Below are positions 53,086 through 64,000 of a DNA stretch of 64,000 nucleotides, piece after piece (position 1 is the first letter of the stretch; each line of letters opens with the position of its first letter). Made by a program: the position numbers and the translations under genes. The notes beneath the pieces are model-generated. The model saw nothing but the letters and a program-made list of their open reading frames with translations. It had not been told where the DNA came from and ran no database searches. Source of the DNA: the human T2T-CHM13v2.0 reference genome, Homo sapiens. The stretch lies in NCBI RefSeq assembly GCF_009914755.1, contig NC_060926.1. One strand, written 5' to 3'.

Positions 53086-55744
53086 ATATGGAAACCTATC
53101 AGAGCTGAGAACCGGATTTTACATCCTCCCCATTCTTCATCTATAACTATTGATTCTCAACCAAAAGAAACATACCCACAAAAAAATCAATAGTCAAATG
53201 AGAAATAAGTACTAATTTTATCAATAGTTGGGCAAATGCCCAAAACCCAACTCTTGAATTGGAAAATGAGGCCATGAGTTCAAGCTAGGCTTCCTCCTCC
53301 TGATTCTCTGAAATCTAGAATGATCAGCTTTCTGAGTAGACTCCTAGTCTATTTACAAGCTGCCTGGACAGCAAGCCCAACTGGTCTTACCCACGCAAGT
53401 ACAGAGAAGACACACATGGTTGCACACTGCAGTCAGAAAAGGCGCAAAGGTCAGCAGAAAGAATTTCAGAGTCCTGCAATTCTGTCCCCTGGAGAAGTAT
53501 GACACAAGGAACACTTCAGATACTGACCTATGATATTAGCTATGTTCCAACTGGGAGTGATGAGTAACTGGTTAGTGGCAAAAATATCACCATAGCAATG
53601 GAAGGATCTTTTATTCTCTTTAACTATAACAACTACAGGACCTGGCACACATCAGTCACTCAGGAAGTCATCATCAGTAGGTGCATATGCTGGAATTAAT
53701 AAGAAAAGAGTCTGAAAAATCAGAGACCCAAAAGTTTTATAGTCTCTGTTTTCTGCTCTTATTTATGGGAGCATAGGAGACATTGGAAGCTATGAAGACC
53801 ACCTTCTTCCAAAGCAAGTTTCCCTCTGTAGCATTCCTCCAGCCTCGGTGCACTCGAAGACATGGGGTGCTCAGCAGTCTTGGAGGCTTCCAATTCAGTT
53901 GAATGACAGTTCTTTTTTACTTGAAAGTTCTACCACAATATCCAACACCATGGTCACTTTCATGATATGCAAAGAAAATCATGGCTTCCAAATTGTTTGG
54001 CTAAGAAAAGGGATTACTGTCTTCTGTTATTAGCATGGTCTTAGGATTGTCACTGAAGAGTCAGGAAAAGAGGGGAAATATATAGAATTCATTCAAATAC
54101 ATGTAAGTCCCAGCCCTGTCAGTAAGAGAAGAGGAGAAAAAGAATTAAGGATGGACTCTAACCTTAAATTAGTTCACTGACTACCATCTCATCATAAAAC
54201 AACTTGGGTAGGAGTTACAGAATTTTATTTACCAAGATCAAGCAATAAAGGTGCAATACGTCACACAAGAATTAAGAAGGCCTTAATTTGAACTCCTGGG
54301 ACCTAGGTTGCAAAACAATTGGAATTTACATATCAGATCCTTGGGCAAATAATATATTTAATCATATATTTTATTTAATCTAGTATATCCAACATATTAT
54401 CATTTCAACACAGCCGTAAAGATAAACCTCCCTTAACGTCTGCAGCTCCTACTCTTGCCCCAACCCCAAATCTCTGGTCAATTAGCCCTCTCAGCCAGTT
54501 GAAAAGTAACCCTAATTCACTCAGGATGGTAACCCTGTCCTCAGTGGGTGAAGGCCTTTTAATGCCAAGAATATTGGGAGATAAATAGAGGTGATAAAAT
54601 AAATAAATCCATGGTATCAATATTTTTAAGTGGCTTAAGGAATCTGATACATCAAAGCATCTGGCAGATTAGTCTGATCATCCCAATTTATATATAAATA
54701 ATTGATTTTTAGATATGATTTTAAGTTAAAAGATATAAATGATTTGCTTATGTTTGTATATACTATTAGAATATATCAAAGAACTTGAGATTTACAATAT
54801 TTATAAACGTACTAAATTAACTAGAGCATTTTAGGTACTTACAGATGAATAACTTGTTAAGTGTTTGGCTCTTCAGAAAAGCAAGTCCATTAAAGTTTAA
54901 AATGTTTAAGGGAGCAAAATTAATCAAGTTAATTAATAAACTCTTTTAAAGTGATTGGTAACATTTACTGGATTTATAAATAGTAATTATGAGTTGAGTA
55001 ATCATTGTTCAATTGAAAATATTTTTAGTTGGTAATTTTAATACACCAAATTCTGATTTAGAAAACAAAAATAACTGCAAATACACTTCTCTGTGAACGT
55101 CAGCCCCAGTGCCACTAAAATTCACATGACCTCTCTGACCCTGTGTTTCCTTTGATTCTGGGGTCTCAGCATTTGATCTCTGCAGAACAATAATCCTGAT
55201 CCGTAAGAGTTAGCTTTTCAGAAGGAGGAAAAATCATTTACACATCAAATGTGAATCTACTTCCTTACTATATTTAATCTCCAGGAATGGACTCATAAAA
55301 TAATAAAAGCCCCAGTTCAAATTAGTATCTGGTATTTCATTCCATTATCAAAAACCATGACCACATAATCTACTGGTTGGTAGAAAGGGAAGTCCTTCTC
55401 TGTTTAGACTTGAGCTCTGTGTAGATCAAGTTATGGTTGTCTGGATTGCCATCTGTATTAATCAAAATTAATACACAGAGGTTCTCTCACTCCATGTACA
55501 TTTAATTTTTTAGAAAGGCTAAAACACATGGTTGCAGAATCAAATATAAATATTTACAACTGGAGTCCAATATAATCAGAGCTGATGGAAGATGGAACTT
55601 AGACAGAGGAAGGAAATGTATAGAATGTGGTAGGAATGGTAACATCCTAAAATGAGGGGTTAAGACATATAATTGAGATATTATTGAAGCTAAAGAACCA
55701 GAAACAAAGCTTCAAGGACATTATTTAAAGTTATAAAAGTAACT

Positions 55745-56060
55745 GGCTGGGTGCAGTGGCTCGCACCTGTAATACCAGCACTTTGGGAGGCAGAGGCATG
55801 CGGATCACCTGATGTCAGGAGTTCGAGACCAGCCTGGCCAACATGGTGAAACCCAGTCTCTACTAAAAATACAAAAAATTACCCAGGCTTTGTGGCAGGC
55901 ACCTGTAATCCCAGCTACTTGGGAGGCTGAGACAGGAGAATCTCTTGAATCTGGAGGCAGAGGTTGTAGTAAGCCAAGATCACGCCATTGCACTCCAGCC
56001 TGGGCAACAAGAGTCAAACTCCGCCTCAAAAAAATAAATAAATAAATAAATAAATAAAAA
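55745..56060 (+). mobile_element. AluSq/Sp-like with (AAAT)n tail
   Basis: GGGCAACAAGAG..AAACTCC; TSD TAAAGTTATAAAAGTA at 55726-55741 and 56061-56076. Confidence 0.96.
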
Positions 56061-56283
56061 TAAAGTTATAAAAGTAGCCAATAAAAGAACTAAAATTATA
56101 AGTATAAATTATGTATAATACAAATACATGTATATATCTAAAAGCATTAGAAAGAAAACATGAGGAGAGAGCTGTGTGTAAGCAACCTTTTTTTCCTATC
56201 AAAGACGAAATACATGTTATTACATAATATATATCTAAATAACTACACACTATATATTATAAATCAAGAAATATTACCTGGAG

Positions 56284-56570
56284 GGCCACTGTGCAATATA
56301 GTGGCCACCAATCACATGTGGGTGTTGGGCACTTAAATTGTCATCTGCTGCAAGTTTAAAATATACAACCAATTTCAAAAACAACATAAAAATGAAAACT
56401 ATCTCATTAATAATCTTTATATTATGTGTTGAAATAATATATTGGATATACTAGGTTAAATTAAATATATTATTAAAATTCGTTTTATATGTGTACTTTT
56501 ACTTTTTTGGTGTGCCTGTAATTTAAAATGGTATATATGGCTCACATTAGATTTCCATTGGACAGGACTA
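56284..56570. mobile_element. MER33 (hAT-Charlie)
   Basis: CACATGTGG..TATCTCATTAATAAT..TAAATATATTATTAAAATT..GGCTCACATTAGATTTCCATTGGACAG. Confidence 0.8.
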
Positions 56571-56986
56571 ATCTAGAGTTTTGGCACTAAACATCAGCAC
56601 TAAAAATACAAGTAGTTACAAGAAGTGGCCTCCAGGAACCAGAACTGAGGGAAGAAGCTACACGGGACTGGAGCCAGTTGCTTTTCTCAGAAACCCTTCT
56701 GTAATATTTGAATCATTATCTTAAGCATACCTTTCTTTGCAAATTTAAAAAGATTAAAATGTCATAAATGTAGAAAGCAAATAAGGCCATAAAGGTAAAA
56801 ATAATAATAATAATAATTGTGATGAGAGGGCAGGAGACGGGGTGGGAGGGAATATGGCTGTGATGGACATCATCCACGTGCAGGACAGAATCACAGAGGC
56901 CACCCTGTAGGTCAGCCTGGCAGCATTCAGCGTCCTTGTGGGCTGGCCCATGTCAGTAGCTTTCACGAACAAAACACAGTCACCCA

Positions 56987-57305
<319 letters not shown>

Positions 57306-57709
57306 TCACCCAGTCTCATTTCAGTTTCAGTTTCATCTTTGTCAGGCCCAGCCTTGGTCTCCAGTCCTGACTCTTATAATGACCTTTCTCTCCACCCCAC
57401 GGCCCAATAGTCACATCTTCCACATTGTCCTAGAAATCATGTCATTTCCAATTTCTAGAAGGTCCTTGGCATCCAAAGCAATTCTGGGGTCCTGAGTCAA
57501 CATCTTCCTCCTATAACCTCTTTCTCTTTTTCCTGTTTTTCCAAAAGGAAACCAATGCTCCTAAAAGTATTTTCTTAAGCAAGCTCTCAGTTGCAGAGAG
57601 CTCTGAGTCCCTAACATTTGGACCTTTTACTGTTTTCTCACATGTTAAACACTGTATCCCAATGTCTAAAATAGTAAGAAGGTCAATCCACACAGAAAAT
57701 GCATTCGTG

Positions 57710-58330
57710 CAGTAAAAATTTATGAATGCCTACGGGTGCTGAGCACTGATCCAGGGAGCGGTACTCCAGGTAATATTTCTTGATTTATAATACATAGTGT
57801 GTAGTTATTAGATATATTATGTAATAACATGTATTTTCCTCTTTGACAAGGGATGGCAATGAACAAGACATCATCTGCTCTCTTAGAACTTACCTTTAGT
57901 GGGAGAGACAGATAAAAAGTAAACAAATATATACATAACTTTAAGTAATACATGCTTTTTATATTTTTATAATTTCATCAGAAAAATATGTAGATTAATG
58001 AGAGAGAGGGTGACGGGGTGAGGGGCAGAGGTGTCTATTTTAGAGATTTCTTACTGAGAAAGTGTGATTGGAGGGGACACTGAATGGAAAGGACCTAGCT
58101 ACGCAAAAACCTGTAAGGAAGGTAAGTAACATTCCAAGTAAAGGGTGGCAGTGTCACAGGGCTTCAGATGGGAACGGACTCAGAGTATACAAAAGCTGCA
58201 CGAAGGCAGGTGGGGCTGAGAAGAGCAGGTGAGGAGCAGAGCGGAGCCAGAGAGGCACAGAGGCAGCCTGCAACTGAGGGAGGGCTCTGTGGGCCCTGGT
58301 GAGGACTAGATTTTATTCCAAATACCACGG
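57710..58330 (-). mobile_element. L2 fragment
   Basis: AATTTATGAATGCCTACGGGTGC..GAACAAGACA..CTGCTCTCTTAGAACTTAC..GGTGAGGACTAGATTTTATTC. Confidence 0.7.
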
Positions 58331-58336
58331 ACTCTA

Positions 58337-58760
<424 letters not shown>

Positions 58761-58924
58761 AGTAAAAAATAGGAATTATTAAATCAGAATTCATTATTCA
58801 GAATAAATTTTGAATTACCCTGGATCAACAAACAGACAGCTGACACTTATAGGACTGTCATTTTTCACTGCTGTATGCCCTTTGCAGGGGAACTTGGGTT
58901 TCGTACCTAATGTTTTCCAACTTA

Positions 58925-59145
58925 AGTTTTTACTGAGCCCTTTCTACAGAGCAGTACTGTGCTAGGCACTTGTTTACATGACCCCATCTCATTCGCAAAA
59001 CATCCCTGTGATTAGTAAAATTACCCCAGTCCATATTTGAAGAAACAAATGCAGAGATGAAACTACTTGTCTCAGATTTTATGTCAATAAATGGCAGAGC
59101 CTAGATGCACACAGCTTTTCTGATGCAAAGCTCCACGCCACACTG
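58925..59145 (-). mobile_element. MIR
   Basis: TACTGAGCCC..ACTGTGCTAGGCACTT..TAAATGGCAGAGCC. Confidence 0.65.
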
Positions 59146-60793
59146 TTTTTTATAGCCCTCTTATCAGCCATAATAGGTTTTTCTAGCATTTTAAAGGACA
59201 AATATCGAAATGAATCATCTATTTCGAGTTAAATAGTGGTTAATTGTCATCAGTTCCTGACAGTAAGTTAGAGATTCAGCAACGTAGGATAATTTGCTTG
59301 CAATTATGCAATTTGGTAGTGGCCAAGCTGGGATAATTATTAGATTTTCCCAAATGCTCCCATTGTTATTCAAGCCCATCTTTGAAAATTCAAAAGCAGA
59401 AAGACATAAATTAAACCTAAGGAGGAACCTGAGTTTCAAAGGAATAAAGGTTAATGAAGCTGTAGATATGCTCACACAAAAAGCAGTTGCATCCACAAAA
59501 ATAAGAATATTCAAAGTGTGAGGCTAAAGCAGAGATGTGGGAGAGCGTATTATGAAGTAGAGGCAGCAACTGGGTGGGTGGATGGACATGCATGAACAGG
59601 AAGCCTGGTACCATGCCAGGCTAGTACCTCAATTCAACTGAGTAATCAAGGTTCCTACAGATTAGTCATTACAAACTGTTCACCAGGACAAACTGTGCTT
59701 TAAATTGATTGCATGCTTATCTTGTGTTTTACCTGTAATTTTTCAACAAGATTTGTGTCATATTGACCAGAGTATATCAATCTTGAAAAAGCTGATAAAA
59801 AAGTGTATTTTTATTAAGATTTATAAAAATAATATATTGCATATCACGACTGCTCATACAACTCTGTTGAAGCATTGCCACTGAGGTAAATGGAGAGAAA
59901 AATTCTATTACAATACTACATGCTTTACTGCACTAATATTTTCCCGTTGATTTTAAGCTGTATTGAAAAGCAAACTGGACCCTTCAGGAGTCATTTGTTG
60001 TAGCATTTGAAAAAAGCATTGATTTTAACATGGGGGCATATAATCAAGTTTCAGAAACATTCACATTGAGATGAGCTTTGAAAGGTTATTTGTCAGTGTT
60101 TCATTTGTCCAACCTCTGAATATTAAATTTTTAAGTCTTTCTCCCTTATCCTCTATCTCATGTCTAAAGTAATTTCCTTTAGAATTATGTCATTATTTTA
60201 AAATTGCCAACTTACCATGTTTCTTATTTCATCTTTCACATACAGAATTAAAATAACTAATAAGGTGAAGAAATATGGAGAATTTTTTAATTGCTTAAAT
60301 TATAATGGTTTTGATGACAAAAATAATTATGGAATAATTAAGAATTTTAAATGACCCAAGGATTAAGTCTCCATGCATCTTTTGACATTGTCGTCATCAA
60401 CACAAAGGGAAAGCAAGTGTGAAAGATTGCACAATGGGTTTTGTGACATGGCCTCAAACCAACTGCAAAGAATGAGAACTGCAGTCTTCCTCTTGCCCAG
60501 GAAAAGGAAATGGAATTTATTAATATCTAGCAAGTTTCTAACACAAAAACTAAATTAATAGAATTTACACAATAGTAAAGTGCTCAGATTCCCTTTTATT
60601 ACTTATAAAAGTAGTTCAATGTTTCATCCCACAATCCATTTGTCTGTGTATAGTTTATTTTAACCTTATGAAGAAAACTCAGGGACAATGGCACAAAAGA
60701 AAAGTCTTTGCTAATGACATTCTGAGAGAAAAGTAAACCTCTCAATCTATGGTTCAACTCATCTCAGGAAGCAGTTTTTTAAAAGCCGATGAA

Positions 60794-61267
<474 letters not shown>

Positions 61268-61568
61268 CTAGGAAAAAAACTAAAATATATGCTGACCATT
61301 TCCTCAAATCTATCATATCCCTGGATTCACTTAGCAGAAAGCAGAGGCAGCACAACCTGGTACCAACAACAAGACTGTGCATGGTATGCACAAAAGAGCT
61401 TCTAATTTCTACCCTGGGGCCTACTTTCAGATCACGTCAGTGCCTTTGCCCACACTATAACACTGCACTGTGAAGAATGGAATTCAGTAGTTAATTACAA
61501 CTTTTATAATAAAATGTGCAATGCCATAATGGGCATGCTGCCTCTTCAAGTAATGCGTCCCCCCTCAC

Positions 61569-61708
61569 CAGAAGCGTCCAAATCGAGAGAGCGTGACTGT
61601 CTGATAGAACGCTATAAAGGGCCTCATTATGGTGTGTGAAGGTTAAATGATACCCAGAGTACCATTCAATGCTCAGATTTCAAGGCTCCGTGCATTTAAA
61701 TTTATCTG
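61569..61708 (-). other. Candidate exon (140 nt, NAGNAG acceptor)
   Basis: Branch-like CCTTAAT, long poly-T, ACAG|CAG acceptor, donor CTG|GTGAGG; local CpG retention. Confidence 0.3.
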
Positions 61709-62995
61709 CTGTAAAAAAAAAAAAAAAGAAAATTAAGGGTGCTTATTTACCAAGCCATACCTCCAGCTCTGCACCATCAGTATCCTTGGTTCAACAATTA
61801 CGTAGGAAAAGCACAAAACAAACAAATCAAAACTTGATTATAAACTACAAATTAAATGAGTGTTTTGTTTCTCTTTCTTCAGATTGTTTGACCAGCTACC
61901 ACTTTCTTGTAAATAAACAAATCCAGAATATTCCATTTAAGTTATTTTCAACTCAAAATAACATTCTATTTTGCCACCCAAGGGGAAGTAGAAGGTTAGT
62001 TATAGAGAGACATGGAAATGAAAACTGAAAGTACAAGTGTGGTGAGCTATAGTTCTGAAGGCATGGTTTTTTAAATTATGCTTAAACTTGCAAAATTACT
62101 GATTTTTTTAAACCTGTGTATATAATTATACCTAGAGTACGATAGATTGAATCATCAGGTTTTTAATGATTAAACCAGGTTAAAACTAGAAATAATAGAA
62201 AAGCTTGATCTGAAATAAAAGGACCAGCAGCCTCAGAAGGCTAGGGACTACATCTTGTTAGCATTATTGGAGTTAATAATTCCAGGAGGACAAAACATAA
62301 CCATGACTCTCAAACTTAATGTTTCTTGCTGACTATACTCTGCATGTTGCAGTTTAAAATGCTTGTTTCTTATCTAGCAAAACATCTGCTTTTTGGTGCT
62401 AAAAGCAGGATCCTGAGGGACGTAGTGATCTTTCCCAAGGCAACTTGATTAATAGTGGCTTCCAAATTTTGGTTAGAAGACATTTTGATGAAAGCAGCAG
62501 TACTGAGTAATTGTTTCCACAAATTATCTTGATATACATTTCCTTTCTCTCCAGAATCTTAGGCAGTGGGATCTGGAGATGCACTGTTTTTCTTCTCCAT
62601 AGCTCCTGCTCCTGTAGTTATCTACAAAGTTAGCGGTGTTTGCTGAACACCCACACATCTGAGCTCTGTGCTGCAAAACATCCGCATCCACTGGTCCCTG
62701 GGAGTTTGTGAAGAAAAATCATCGGAATGTGGAGAAATAATAAACAAATGAACAAAATGTGTAAAACGAGGACTAAAATGTTTACCCCGAGGAGTTAATC
62801 TTATTGCAATAAAGTAGAAGAGAAAGAATAAAACTGTGTTCTCAAATACACAGATGTGGGCGATTGGGGGCTGGACAAGAATAATAAGCATAATAAAAAT
62901 TATCATTGAGGGTGAATAATCTTTATGCAAGATGAGTAGAAAGTGCTTCAAGGACAAACAGGGTTACTGGTTTGTTTTATAAATATTAAAATTTA

Positions 62996-63316
<321 letters not shown>

Positions 63317-63904
63317 TTATTAAGAAAATAAATGTAAACTATCCTATGGCCCTTATTTGTGGAACTTTTCAGGAGGTCATAGTGCTTATTATATACTTCT
63401 TACTTCTCTTGTGTATTTGGTGTTTCCTTAACTCAGCTGCTCAGATTCCTATGTTCAGTGAGTTTTCTTCAATTCTCATAACTAAGGTGTCTATGGATAC
63501 TCAAAACAGGATACTCTCTGTTTTGTAGGGTGGCTGTAAGGTAGCAGACATTATTGATTGCCTGTATGGTAGGCACTCCCTTCTTTCTTCCTGACAAACC
63601 TTGAACCAGAAAAGTTCCTGTTGCCAGTGGAAGATCTTCAATCCACTCTAGTTCAAAGTAAAGTTTTTTTCAATTACAGCTGATACTGGCTTGAAAATAT
63701 AAAATAAATTATTAAAACACATCAGAGGAGGTGCGTAAAGAAAACAGGGAAATGGAAAGCAAAGGGAAAAGGAAATGGAGAGAAACAAAGGAAAAAGAAA
63801 ATATAGAAGTCTGATGAATTTGGGAATTAAAAGGCCTGAATTCCTGTCCCTGACACCTCCTGGCTGTGTAATCAAGCAATGCTCATCACCATCAACATCA
63901 TTAT

Positions 63905-64000
63905 CAGAGCTACGATTTATACAGTGTTTACCATGAACTCATTCCTTTACACAATCCTCATAGCAACTTTAAAAGTAAGATCCTATTACCCCACTTTATG
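63905..64000 (-). mobile_element. MIR fragment at the window edge
   Basis: ATTTATACAGTGTTTACCATG..AATCCTCATAGCAAC..TATTACCCCACTTTA. Confidence 0.55.

Noticed and set aside
56754-56972. Cadherin-like motif [11 protein letters not shown] on the minus strand
   Set aside because: No other cadherin motifs, no splice sites, and it abuts an Alu; most likely chance.

Overview
Primate (almost certainly human) genomic DNA that is AT-rich and repeat-dense, and looks intronic or intergenic. It contains about 21 Alu-derived elements (AluJ/S/Y, FLAM; many with readable target-site duplications, TSDs), L1 relics (L1PA/L1MA-ME), L2 and MIR fragments, MaLR/ERVL LTRs (MST, MLT1, LTR47-like), hAT-Charlie MER elements and simple repeats. 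I recognise no protein-coding gene, RNA gene or CRISPR array; the ORF track is mostly Alu/L1/repeat-derived or chance ORFs. Repeat subfamily names come from remembered consensus motifs and need RepeatMasker confirmation. The most notable signals are: (1) a perfect 50-bp copy of a nearby ancient L1 fragment followed by a fold-back inversion at 34.3 kb, which looks like a templated repair insertion; (2) an older 138-bp local duplication inside an AT-rich tandem repeat; (3) a 20 x 22-bp CpG-rich VNTR that is open in all three + frames and carries 9 metal-response-element cores; (4) a promoter-like island at 40.4-40.95 kb with a strong CTCF motif and a 300-nt stop-free phase-0/0 candidate exon on the minus strand; (5) further strong non-coding candidate exons on the minus strand; (6) a tail-to-tail inverted Alu pair about 24 bp apart. 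I found no convincing new biological system; these are testable hypotheses.
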